A DNA stretch of 64,000 nucleotides from Planctomycetota bacterium (GTDB lineage Bacteria > Planctomycetota > JAJSAM01 > JAJVHW01): contig CBDFJG010000003.1 in the NCBI GenBank assembly GCA_965248445.1, positions 1,395,069-1,459,068 of the forward strand, given 5' to 3'. Below are positions 53,374 to 62,152 of the stretch, piece by piece; positions within the stretch are counted from its first letter, which is position 1; each line of letters begins with the position of its first letter. A program made the translations under genes and the position numbers. Under the pieces are notes generated by a model that saw only the letters and a list, made by a program, of their open reading frames with translations, was not told where the DNA came from and ran no database searches.

Positions 53374-54126
53374 CTAGAGAACGCCCACTTCGTCGCGCAG
53401 CACGCGCACGAGTTCGGGCACCGCGTCCACTCCTTCGCCCAGCATGCGCACGCCCGCGCGCGCCGGCGGCGCGGTCACCGACACGATGTCGGACGCGTTC
53501 TCCGTGACCGCCGCCGCCTTCTGCTCCAGCGGCTTCTTCTTCGCCATCATGATCCCCTTCAGCGACGCGAAGCGGGGTTCGGCCAGGCCGCGCTGGGCGG
53601 TCAGCACGCACGGCGTCGGCACGAACACGACCTCCTCGCTGCCCTCCACCTCGCGGCGCACGCGAAGCCCGCCGTCGGCGCCGTCGACGCCGACCACGAA
53701 CGACGCATACGCGTAGTCGAGCATCGCCGCGAGCATGCCGCCGACCGCCGCCGAGTCGTCGTCGATCGCCTTCCAGCCACAGAACACGACCGCCGGTTCG
53801 AGCTCGCGAACAGCGGCCGCGAGGGCCCCTGCCGTTGCGGCCGGGTCGCGGAACGGCAGTTCATCGACCAGGAGCACCGCATCGTCGGCGCCCATGGCCA
53901 TCGCCTTGCGGACCTCCTTGGTCGCGGTGGAGGGGCCGAGGCAGAGGACCGTCACCTGCGTGGCGACTCCGGCCTCTTTGAGCTGGACGGCCTTCTCGAG
54001 CGCCATCTCGTCGTACGGCGAGATGATGAACTCGACCCCCTGGGGGTCGATGCCGCGGCCGTCCGCGGACGGCTTGATCTTGGCGGTGGTGTCGGGAACA
54101 CGCTTCAGGCACACGACGATGCGCAT
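53374..54126 (-). CDS. etfB: electron transfer flavoprotein subunit beta
   Basis: [18 protein letters not shown]...[14 protein letters not shown]....VTVLCLGP...[15 protein letters not shown]. Confidence 0.95.
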   Translation of the reverse strand: MRIVVCLKRVPDTTAKIKPSADGRGIDPQGVEFIISPYDEMALEKAVQLKEAGVATQVTVLCLGPSTATKEVRKAMAMGADDAVLLVDELPFRDPAATAGALAAAVRELEPAVVFCGWKAIDDDSAAVGGMLAAMLDYAYASFVVGVDGADGGLRVRREVEGSEEVVFVPTPCVLTAQRGLAEPRFASLKGIMMAKKKPLEQKAAAVTENASDIVSVTAPPARAGVRMLGEGVDAVPELVRVLRDEVGVL

Positions 54127-54277
54127 GGGGCCTCCGGACGGCTTTCGAGGGGGATGGCGAAGCCGAAGACCGGGAGGCTAGCGCGGAGGGCGGCGGCGTC
54201 CTCGCGGATCCCGATGTGACAGGGCGGCAGTAGTGCGGGCGGACGCGGCGACCCGCCCCAACCGGTTCATCGCGCGA

Positions 54278-55466
54278 TTAGCACGGCTGGGCCAACTCAC
54301 CATCATCCACCCGGCGATCGGAGCGGGATGAGGCGAGGGGCTCGAAGACGACACCCTGTTCGCAGAGGTCTTCGAGGGCGTCCACCGCGATCGGGTCGAA
54401 GTGAGACCCGCGGCCGGCGCGGATGATCTCGCGCACCGTCTCCTCGGGCAGGCCCATGCGGTAGGCGCGATCGCTGTACAGCGCGTCGCACACATCGGCG
54501 ACGGCCAGGACGCGCGCCAGTTCGGGGATGTCCTCGCCGCCGAGCTTGTCGGGATATCCGGTGCCGTCCCAGCGTTCGTGGTGACAGCGGACGGGACCGC
54601 ACACGGGCGCGAGCGCCTGGATCGGGGCGAGAATGTTCGCGCAAAACCACAGGGTGCAACCGGATGTGTTCCCACTCCGCGTCGGTCAGCGACGACGGCT
54701 TGTTGAGGACATGGTCGGGGGTGCCGATCTTGCCGATGTCGTGCAACGTGCCGGCGCGATAGAGCAGTTCGATCTGCTCTTCGTCCTTACCCATGTAGCG
54801 GCCCATGAGCGCAGCGATCTGGCCGACGCGCTCCATGTGTCCGCGCGTGTAGTTGTCCTTGGCATAGACGGCTTCGACCAGCGCCTGCACGGCCTGCGAC
54901 GCGTGCTCTTCCTGCGCCTCGATGCGCACCGCGAGAGTGTGCGCGGCGTGCGCGTCGCGGCGCAGGCACCGGCGCTCCTGCAATCGCTGGATGGTGAACG
55001 TCATCTGGTCGAAGGAGAAGGGCTTGGCGAAGTAGTCGTACGCGCCGCGGCGCAACGCATCGACCGCGACCTTCTCGCCCGGCTTACCCGTCACGATGAT
55101 GACGTCGGGCGACTTCGGATCACTCGGCGGCGCGATGCGCTGGATCTCGCTGAGGAGTTCCAGACCGGAGAGGCCCGGCATCTGGACGTCGGTGATCACG
55201 AGGAAGAAGCCGCCGTCGTTCAGGAACTCGAGAGCCCTCTCGGCATCGGGAGCCGTGGTGACCTCGAAGCCGAGGCGGCGCAGGAACACGGTGAGCAGAC
55301 TGCGAATGCCCGGCTCGTCGTCCACGACCAAGATGCGGCGCTCCCCGCCGGACCCCAGGTCCAGCCGGTCGGTCTCCGCTTCCACGATCACGGGTGCTTC
55401 GGTGCTCACTAACCCCTCGGAGCCATCCCCCTCGCTGTCCGAGGGTGGGGTGCTAGGCGAGCTCAA
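54278..55466 (-). pseudogene. response regulator with HD-GYP domain (RpfG-like c-di-GMP phosphodiesterase), disrupted by a 1-nt frameshift
   Basis: REC: ILVVDDEPGIRSLL...LVITDVQMPGLSGLELL...KPF. HD-GYP first half: TRGHMERVGQIA...LYRAGTLHDIGKIGTPDHVL...EWEHIRLHPVV, then the frame is lost. The second half (ILAPIQALAPVCGPVRCHHERWDGTGYPDKLGGEDIP..ARVLAVADVCDAL) continues in ORF 54278..54604. The break is at an A4/T4 run at 54643..54646. Confidence 0.8.
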
Positions 55467-56278
55467 CGACCGGTCCAGGTACGACGATCCGGCCGCGACT
55501 CTCCCGGTCTCTCATCGGCATCCTTCCGTGAGGACTGGAGTTCGGGCATATCGAACCGATCACCCAGGTAGATCTCGCGGACGACCGGGTCCTCGACCAG
55601 CTCCGAGGAGGTCCCCTGACGCAGGATCTCGCCCTCGTAGATGATGTAGGCCCGGTCGGTGATCGTGAGCGTCTCGCGCACGCTGTGATCGGTCAACAGG
55701 ACACCCATGCCGCGCTCCCGCAGGCGCAGCACGATGTCCTGGATCTCGGAGACCGCGATCGGGTCGACGCCGCTGAACGGTTCATCGAGCAGCAGCAGTC
55801 GCGGCGAGGTGACGAGCGAGCGCGTGATCTCGAGGCGGCGTCGCTCGCCGCCGGAAAGCGATTGCGCAACGGACTTCCGGATCGGCAGCAGACCCAGTTC
55901 CCCGAGGTGGTCCTCGAGCCGCTGCATGCGTTCGCGGCGAGGCAGCGACAACGTCTCGAGAATGGCGAGCACGTTCTGCTCGACGGTGAGCCCACGGAAA
56001 ATCGACGGCTGCTGGCTCAGGTAGCCCATGCCGCGCCGCGCGCGCCTGTACATCGGCAAGCGGCTCACGTCATGACCGCCGAATCGCACTTCGCCCGCGT
56101 CCGCGCGCAGCATTCCGACGGTCATGCGAAACGTCGTCGTCTTACCGGCGCCGTTCGGACCGAGCAGCCCGACGATCTCGCCGGGTTCGACGTCGAACGA
56201 CACTTCTTTCACGACGCGTCCGCGACCGCGGTACGACTTCACCAACCGCCGGGCTTCAAGGAGTGGCATCGGACGCAT
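55463..56278 (-). CDS. lptB: LPS export ABC transporter ATP-binding protein
   Basis: LEARRLVKSYRGRGRVVKEVSFDVEPGEIVGLLGPNGAGKTTTF, RARRGMGYLSQQPSIFRGLTV.QN, LSGGERRRLEITRSL, LLLDEPFSGVDP, and C-terminal GTSSELVEDPVVREIYLG. Confidence 0.9.
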   Translation of the reverse strand: MRPMPLLEARRLVKSYRGRGRVVKEVSFDVEPGEIVGLLGPNGAGKTTTFRMTVGMLRADAGEVRFGGHDVSRLPMYRRARRGMGYLSQQPSIFRGLTVEQNVLAILETLSLPRRERMQRLEDHLGELGLLPIRKSVAQSLSGGERRRLEITRSLVTSPRLLLLDEPFSGVDPIAVSEIQDIVLRLRERGMGVLLTDHSVRETLTITDRAYIIYEGEILRQGTSSELVEDPVVREIYLGDRFDMPELQSSRKDADERPGESRPDRRTWTGR

Positions 56279-56300
56279 GGTAGCGCCCCGGCGGGTCGAC

Positions 56301-56741
56301 CTACGGGACTTGAGACGTGCGCCGGCGAATTCCGTACGTCCACCGCGCGAGGATCATCGCGGCAACGACTCCGGCCAGGATTCCGTTTCGCAACAGAGCA
56401 TCGTCGATCGTCGCCGTGTCCCCGAAGCAGCCGCACGCGAACGTCCCGCCCCACACGGAACGCACGCGGAGCAGCGCCGTCGTGAATACGAGCAGCAGGC
56501 CGAGCGACGCATAGAGTCCGCGGACCACGCGGAGACTCATCAGTGCACCCAGCAGGACCTCGGCGCCCACGATCGCGGCGAACGTGGCGTGCGCCGTCCC
56601 GCCGCCGCCCACGTCCGCCGCGATCAGTTCGTACGCGGGCAGGGGACTCAACAGCTTCGCGGCGGCCGAGACGAGCCACATCGCGGCCAGCGCGCACTCC
56701 AGGAGGTGCCATGCGCCGCGGAGGATGAGAGGCAGCCGCAT
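56301..56741 (-). CDS. MauE/DoxX-family redox-associated membrane protein
   Basis: Four TM segments, AAKLLSP near the N-terminus, and the family-typical FACGCFG motif. The ATG at 56741 shares 1 nt with the upstream stop. Confidence 0.7.
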   Translation of the reverse strand: MRLPLILRGAWHLLECALAAMWLVSAAAKLLSPLPAYELIAADVGGGGTAHATFAAIVGAEVLLGALMSLRVVRGLYASLGLLLVFTTALLRVRSVWGGTFACGCFGDTATIDDALLRNGILAGVVAAMILARWTYGIRRRTSQVP

Positions 56742-57121
56742 CACCGCAGCCGCCACTCTTCCAGGTCGACCTCGTACGTCCTGTCAACACGCCCGGTCTG
56801 GACGATCCGGACCGCTGCCGGAACGGTGGTCTCGCCGATCACGGTCACCTGCACGTTGAACTGCGTGCCCGGCGCCGGTCGCTCGACACGCCCCGGGCCG
56901 ACGATGCCGACCGGTCCGCGGAGCACCTCGATGGCGAGGAGATCCGCCGGCTCGCCCCCGCGAAGCTCGATCCGGATGGCGTAGATCGAGCGGTCTTCCT
57001 GGTGCAACTCGCGCCGGACGGTGATCTCGAGGTGCGGCTCCAGCGGGCGGGCCCGCGCATACGCAGCACCGGCCGCAAGGAGGGCCAGCACGAGGGCGAC
57101 GGCGAGGCGGGCGCGGTTCAT
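56741..57121 (-). CDS. small secreted hypothetical protein (126 aa)
   Basis: MNRARLAVALVLALLAAGAAYA signal peptide, then a beta-rich body. First gene of the run that continues into MauE. Confidence 0.6.
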   Translation of the reverse strand: MNRARLAVALVLALLAAGAAYARARPLEPHLEITVRRELHQEDRSIYAIRIELRGGEPADLLAIEVLRGPVGIVGPGRVERPAPGTQFNVQVTVIGETTVPAAVRIVQTGRVDRTYEVDLEEWRLR

Positions 57122-57168
57122 TCGACGAGGATACGGCCAGGCGCCGCGTCTTCCCGCGGGACTACACT

Positions 57169-57627
57169 GTGCGCCTCCCCGGAGGGACGATGGCGCGCGG
57201 CAAACTCACTGATCTCGGACTGCTCCTGCTTCGGGGCACCGGCGGCCTGATGGCCACCCACGGCTGGGCGAAGCTCCAGTGGGCGCTGGAGGACGACCCG
57301 CAGACCAAGTGGGAGGGGTTCGTGTGGCGCGTGCAGTCGCTGGGATTCCCGCAGCCCGAGTTCTTCGCGTGGGCGGCGATCCTCTCCGAGCTCGTCGCGG
57401 GCGTCTGCGTGCTGCTCGGCCTCTTCACGCGCGTCAGCGCGTCGTTCATCGCATTCACCATGTTCGTCGCAGCGTTCATCCGCCACTGGGACGACTCCTT
57501 CGAGAAGAAGGAACTCGCGCTCGTCTACCTCGCGATCATGCTCTGCCTGGCGTGCCTCGGCGGCGGGAAGTGGACCGTCGAGTCGGCCTGGCAGAAGAAG
57601 CGGTCGGCGGCGCGCGCGCAGGCCTGA
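57169..57627 (+). CDS. DoxX-family membrane protein
   Basis: LGLLLLRGTGGLMATHGWAKL....GFP.PEFFAWAAILSELVAGVCVLLGLFTRVSASFIAFTMFVAAF. An alternative ATG lies 7 codons in. Confidence 0.8.
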   Translation: MRLPGGTMARGKLTDLGLLLLRGTGGLMATHGWAKLQWALEDDPQTKWEGFVWRVQSLGFPQPEFFAWAAILSELVAGVCVLLGLFTRVSASFIAFTMFVAAFIRHWDDSFEKKELALVYLAIMLCLACLGGGKWTVESAWQKKRSAARAQA

Positions 57628-57632
57628 ACCCC

Positions 57633-58124
57633 ATGCCCCGCACTAAATCGACCCGCGCGAAGCACTACTGGCTGATGAAGAGCGAGCCCGACGTCTACTC
57701 GATCGAGGATCTCGAGAAGGACGGCAGGACTCACTGGGACGGCGTCCGCAACTACCAGGCGCGGAACACGATGCGCGACGACATGAAGAAGGGCGACGGC
57801 GTGCTCTTCTACCACTCGCGCGTGCCGCCGATGGGTGTGTCCGGCGTGGCGAGGGTTGTCCGCGAGGGCTACGCCGATCCGTCCCAGTTCGACAAGAAGT
57901 CGAAGTACCACGACGAGAAGGCCACCAAGGACGCACCACGTTGGTTCTGCGTCGACATCGCGTTCGAGAAGCAGCTGGCGCGCGTCGTCACGCTGGCCGA
58001 GATGAAGGGCGAGAAAGCCCTCGCGAAGATGATGGTGACGCAGCGTGGCGCCCGCCTCTCCGTGCAGCCGGTGACGGCCGCGGAGTTCAAGAAGGTGGTG
58101 TCGCTGGCGCGTCGTCCGGGCTGA
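57633..58124 (+). CDS. EVE-domain (PUA-like, thymocyte nuclear protein 1-like) protein
   Basis: HYWLMKSEPDVYSIEDLEKDGRTHWDGVRNYQARNTMRDDMKKGDGVLFYHS...GVSGVARVVREGYADPSQFD. Confidence 0.85.
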   Translation: MPRTKSTRAKHYWLMKSEPDVYSIEDLEKDGRTHWDGVRNYQARNTMRDDMKKGDGVLFYHSRVPPMGVSGVARVVREGYADPSQFDKKSKYHDEKATKDAPRWFCVDIAFEKQLARVVTLAEMKGEKALAKMMVTQRGARLSVQPVTAAEFKKVVSLARRPG

Positions 58125-58704
58125 CGCTGTCGCCGGAGTCGGGGCTGGGCGGGGAGTCGGAGCCCGGTTCGACTTCCGGATTCAGGAACGGATCCGGCGT
58201 TTCGAACGGATCCGGTTCCGCGAAGAGTCCCGGTTGAGCTGACGTAGCTGCCGGGGCGACGTCCTGGCGGGCCAGCACGCGCTGCTCGATGTCCCACAGG
58301 ATCAGCTGTCGCTTGTCGACGTTGCCGCTGAGTGCCGCGTCGATCCGGCCGTGGGCGGTCTCGAGCCGGAACCGCGTCACGCCGCCGATGCGCCCGCCAT
58401 ACAGGCAGAGAGCGAGCGCCCCGAAACCGGCCGTGACGAAGACGGCCGCGACGATCGAGTTGTCGGCGAGCTCCCACGCCAGCGCCGCGGCAAGAGCGCT
58501 CGCGAACAAGAACGCACCGATCGTCCGCACGTAGCTGCGTCGGTCGTCCCACGCGAGCATCCGTGTCACGTCGCGATAGGCAACGCGCCGCAGCGTTTCG
58601 CGCGCGAACAACTCGATGCGGCCGACGCTGACGACGTCGTCCGCGACGTAGACGGCGTACGCGGTGATTCCGTCCTGACTGACGCGCACGGCGGGGCGGT
58701 TCAC
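58087..58704 (-). CDS. hypothetical membrane protein with acidic Pro/Asp/Ser-rich tail (last gene of the MoxR-linked run)
   Basis: The GTG start forms a GTGA overlap with the upstream stop. Two TM segments (IGAFLFASALAAALAW, IVAAVFVTAGFGALALCLYGG). The tail is EPDPFETPDPFLNPEVEPGSDSPPSPDSGDS. Confidence 0.55.
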   Translation of the reverse strand: MNRPAVRVSQDGITAYAVYVADDVVSVGRIELFARETLRRVAYRDVTRMLAWDDRRSYVRTIGAFLFASALAAALAWELADNSIVAAVFVTAGFGALALCLYGGRIGGVTRFRLETAHGRIDAALSGNVDKRQLILWDIEQRVLARQDVAPAATSAQPGLFAEPDPFETPDPFLNPEVEPGSDSPPSPDSGDSVSPDDAPATPPS

Positions 58705-59261
58705 GACATGGCCCCCCACATGATCAGCGCGACCAGGAGGATCGCCGCGAGGTTGAGTGCTGCTGCGATCGCCACGAGACCCGGCCGCAGCCACCGGTCC
58801 TTGCGCAGGCGGAAGAGCATCCAGACGGAGAGCGGGACCGAGAAGAGGAGCGAACCCCAGCACGTGAACGGTGCCATGCAGGTCAGGAGCAGGACAAGGG
58901 AGTCCCAGCGTGTGCGGCTGGTCTGCGTCGTGGCGAGCTGCCCGCGGGTGTGCAGCAGGGAGAAGCAGTCGGGGCAGTACAGGTCCTCGCCCGTACGCGT
59001 CACGCACACGTCGCACACAAACGCGCCGCAGCGTGCGCAACCGTTCGATGCGTCCTTGCCGGGGTGATTGGCGCAGCGCCCGGCTCCGGCCGCCAACTCC
59101 GCCGCGTCCAGAAGCGGCGTGAACTCGATCACGCGATAGCGAGCGAGGCACTTCGGGCAGCGTCCCCAGCTCGTCCCCGTCGCCGGCACACGCCGATGGC
59201 AGCGCGGACAGGGCACCCGCGGTGCCCTGTCGGGCACAGCGGCCGGGACGGACGCCGTCAT
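58701..59261 (-). CDS. zinc-ribbon plus B-box-like zinc-finger membrane protein
   Basis: CPRCHRRV...CPKC (ribbon), then CANHPGKDASNGCARCGAFVCDVCVTRTGEDLYCPDC (B-box-like), then 3 TM segments. Confidence 0.65.
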   Translation of the reverse strand: MTASVPAAVPDRAPRVPCPRCHRRVPATGTSWGRCPKCLARYRVIEFTPLLDAAELAAGAGRCANHPGKDASNGCARCGAFVCDVCVTRTGEDLYCPDCFSLLHTRGQLATTQTSRTRWDSLVLLLTCMAPFTCWGSLLFSVPLSVWMLFRLRKDRWLRPGLVAIAAALNLAAILLVALIMWGAMS

Positions 59262-59272
59262 CTACGACCCTG

Positions 59273-60214
59273 TCAGTTCGCCGCTGCGCCGACGATCGCG
59301 ATCACGAGGAAGATCCCGCCGAAGATGCAGCCGCACAGGACCGCGATCCACAAGAGCGACGCGATGGCGTGTAGCCAGCCGCACTTGTGGAGGCGGTTGA
59401 TCATGATGACCTCCGCCACGATCGTCCAGATCCCCCCCACGATCTGGTTCAGGAAGGGGATCGGGATCAGGAGCAGCAGCTGGGGTGCATGGGCGTAACA
59501 GAGTCCGCGCATCGTCTGCTGGTACGGCACGCGCGCGAGCTTCGTCACGTACAGGTAGAGATGCATCAGACCTGCGCCGACGAACACACCGATGATCGCC
59601 CCGATGGGCGCGAAGATGACGCCGATGAACCCCTGCACCCCGACGCCGAAGGGACCCGCCATTGCCTGTTCGAACTCGCCGCCGCCGCCCGCCACCGCCG
59701 CGATGATCCCGAACATCACCACGGAGTAGATCCAGTTCGCGATCGCCGCGAGCACCTGGACGATGACGGCGTAGAGAAGGCAGGTGAACGACTGGGAGTT
59801 CTTCTCCATCTTGTCGAAGAAGTCGTTCGGCGTGAGGATGACCGCCTTCGACGTCTGCCAGAACGCCCCGACGAGACCGAGCTCCTCCCGCCGCTCCCAG
59901 GGGGGCAGGACGCCGTCGCCGCTCACGCGGCCGCCGAACTCCAGGTCCGCGACCACCTGCGTCTTGCACTCGCCGCAGACGCGCTTCTCCTGGAACTCCA
60001 CCAGGCAGTCGGCGCAGTACGTCTCCGCGCAGATCTCGCAGTGCTCGATCCCCGTATCGACCAGCGGATGGTTGCGGCACGCCATACCCGGGCTCCCTCC
60101 TCTGTCCGTTGAATCGTCGGCCGTTGAATCGTCGGCCGTTGAATCGTCGGCCGTTGACTCGTCGGCCGTTGACTCGTCGGCCGTTGACTCGCCGGCCGTT
60201 GTCTCGTCGCCCAT
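59273..60214 (-). CDS. B-box-like zinc finger fused to a Yip1-type polytopic membrane domain, with N-terminal acidic pentapeptide repeats
   Basis: MGDETTAGE(STADE/STADD)x6, then CRNHPLVDTGIEHCEICAETYCADCLVEFQEKRVCGEC, then a 5-TM Yip1-like body. The start at 60214 is one of two options; the other is the MACRNHP Met. Confidence 0.65.
   Translation of the reverse strand: MGDETTAGESTADESTADESTADDSTADDSTADDSTDRGGSPGMACRNHPLVDTGIEHCEICAETYCADCLVEFQEKRVCGECKTQVVADLEFGGRVSGDGVLPPWERREELGLVGAFWQTSKAVILTPNDFFDKMEKNSQSFTCLLYAVIVQVLAAIANWIYSVVMFGIIAAVAGGGGEFEQAMAGPFGVGVQGFIGVIFAPIGAIIGVFVGAGLMHLYLYVTKLARVPYQQTMRGLCYAHAPQLLLLIPIPFLNQIVGGIWTIVAEVIMINRLHKCGWLHAIASLLWIAVLCGCIFGGIFLVIAIVGAAAN
60106..60210. 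repeat. 15-bp tandem repeat, 7 units (CCGTTGAATCGTCGG and variants)
   Basis: Read directly. In frame on the minus strand, encoding STAD(E/D) repeats. Confidence 0.9.
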
Positions 60215-60299
60215 TGTATCGTCAGAGCGCCGTCTCTCGGAGAGAACCGTTGCACGGTGCGTAGGTTCAGGTGGGCGCAGGTTCAGGCCGGTTGCAGGT

Positions 60300-61070
60300 T
60301 CAGGCGGGCCGGGCGAAGCGGTCGGCGGCCACCACTCCCACGATCCCACGCAGGATCGCGTCGTCCGGGAGGCTGCGCTGCTCCTCGAGACCGAGCGTCT
60401 CGCGGTAGTGCGAGGCCAGCCGCGCAGAGAGCGTGATGCGCCGCGACGCCTCGATGCGATCGGTGGCGGCGACGAACTCCGTCAGGATCGCGGCCTCGCG
60501 GGCGGACACACGACGCCGCACGCGGCGCACCGCGTTCGGGTCCTCGCGCAGGCTGTTCTGTTCGCGGGCCAGCACGCGGAGCGCGCGGGGCGGCTTGTGC
60601 CGGCGGTCCTGGATGACGACGGTCCCAGCCAGACGATCACCGACCCGCCGGGCCTGCGGATCGAGCGCGATCAGGAGGGCGCCGAGCAGGTGGAACATCG
60701 GGAGCTGGTCCACCATGCGCGCGACGTTGCGGATCACCGCCTGCCAGCCGAGCAGCGGGGTGCCGTTCGCCTGCACCACCCGGATACCGAGCACCTTCTT
60801 GCCCCACGTCTGCCCGTTCCACCGCTGCTCCGCCCAGATGCGGTAACCGAGGTCGAGGACGAAGCCGATGACGATCATAGCGGCCCAGAGAGGCAGCGCG
60901 GCGACGAACCCCGTCAGCACGCCGAGCAACGTGGCGACCGTGCCGAGCACGGTCATGGCGACGGCGATCAGGATCTCGTCGATGAGCCATGCCAGCGCGC
61001 GCTCGGCGGGTCCCGCGATGCGAAACTCGAGCGGCACGAGTTCGGGTGTCACGACGGAGAGGCGCCTCAT
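60300..61070 (-). CDS. RDD-family membrane protein
   Basis: FRIAGPAERALAWLIDEILIAV..., W.GQTWGKKVLGIRVV..NG, ...RRVGDRLAGTVVI. ATGA overlap with the upstream gene. Confidence 0.75.
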   Translation of the reverse strand: MRRLSVVTPELVPLEFRIAGPAERALAWLIDEILIAVAMTVLGTVATLLGVLTGFVAALPLWAAMIVIGFVLDLGYRIWAEQRWNGQTWGKKVLGIRVVQANGTPLLGWQAVIRNVARMVDQLPMFHLLGALLIALDPQARRVGDRLAGTVVIQDRRHKPPRALRVLAREQNSLREDPNAVRRVRRRVSAREAAILTEFVAATDRIEASRRITLSARLASHYRETLGLEEQRSLPDDAILRGIVGVVAADRFARPA

Positions 61071-62152
61071 TCGGCCGTCTCCGGCGGCGCTGTGCTGCGC
61101 CTGCGGCGGATCGCCCGCCGCACCTTCCCGGCCAGATCCAGGGTGGCGGCTCCGCCACCCGGCGACCAGAGCAGCAGGTACGCCCAGTAACCGCCGCCCA
61201 ACGCGACGGCGAACGCGATCTTCAGCGGATACGGCAGGTGCGGCTCGTGGATCTGGCTGAACGTGCCTTCGACGGCCCCGGCGACGAGCAGCGTCGCGGT
61301 GGCGCCGATGAGTAGCACCATCACGTCGCGGCCCGCAGCATGGAGCGCGGCCCTCCGTCCCGCGAGACCGGGCACGAATAGCGCCTTCGTCAGGATGAAG
61401 CCACCCGCGGCGCCGAGCAGAATCGCGGGAATCTCGATCACGCCGTGCGGCCCCACCCACGCGAAGAAGAACACGGCTTGCCCGTCGAGGACGTACTTCG
61501 CCCCCACCGCGCCGAGGTACGCGCCGTTGGCGAACACGAGCAGCACGATTCCGATGCCTCCCGACACCGCCAGCGCGAAGCACAGGTACGTGACGCGGCT
61601 GTTGTGCGTGAACAGCTGCGCGGCGAACGGAACACCGACCGCCGACTTGCCGAGGACGCCGAGCCCAGCGCCGGTCTCCTCCGTCTCGACGCGCTCGCTC
61701 GCGTCCATGTAGCGGTGTCCCATCGGCAGCAGCACTTCGCCGGTGCCGGGGTCGTTGACGAACGACACCGCGCCGAAGATCGCGCCCGCGACGAAGATCG
61801 CCGCCGCCAGCAGTACCGCCAGGAAGCGGCGCCGCACGACCTCTGGGAAGTCACGCACGAAGAACTGCTTCACGAGCGGCCAGATGCGCGGAGCCCGCCC
61901 GCGGTGCAGCATTCCGTGGGCGCGGCCGACCAGTCCGCGCAGGTACTCCGCGGTCGCCCCGCTCTCGTCCCGCCGCAGCTCCTCCAGCAGGTCGGAGGAC
62001 GCGGCCCGGTACAGAGCGCTCAGCTCGCGCGCCGCGGCCGAAGTGAGCTTCTTGGCTCCGCCGTCCTCCAACTTGTCGAGTAAGAAGGTCAGCCGCGTCC
62101 AGCGCGCTCGCCGGGGATCGGCGATCATCTGCGTGTCCTGCCGCTGGCTCAC
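61067..62152 (-). CDS. SpoIIM-like (stage II sporulation protein M family, DUF95) membrane protein
   Basis: N-terminal helical domain, then FTHNSRVTYLCFALAVSGGIGIVLLVFANGAYLG...PHGVIEIPAILLGAAGGF, typical of the family. A GTG start at 62152 (GTGA overlap) is proposed; an ATG at 62128 is the alternative. Confidence 0.7.
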   Translation of the reverse strand: MSQRQDTQMIADPRRARWTRLTFLLDKLEDGGAKKLTSAAARELSALYRAASSDLLEELRRDESGATAEYLRGLVGRAHGMLHRGRAPRIWPLVKQFFVRDFPEVVRRRFLAVLLAAAIFVAGAIFGAVSFVNDPGTGEVLLPMGHRYMDASERVETEETGAGLGVLGKSAVGVPFAAQLFTHNSRVTYLCFALAVSGGIGIVLLVFANGAYLGAVGAKYVLDGQAVFFFAWVGPHGVIEIPAILLGAAGGFILTKALFVPGLAGRRAALHAAGRDVMVLLIGATATLLVAGAVEGTFSQIHEPHLPYPLKIAFAVALGGGYWAYLLLWSPGGGAATLDLAGKVRRAIRRRRSTAPPETAE

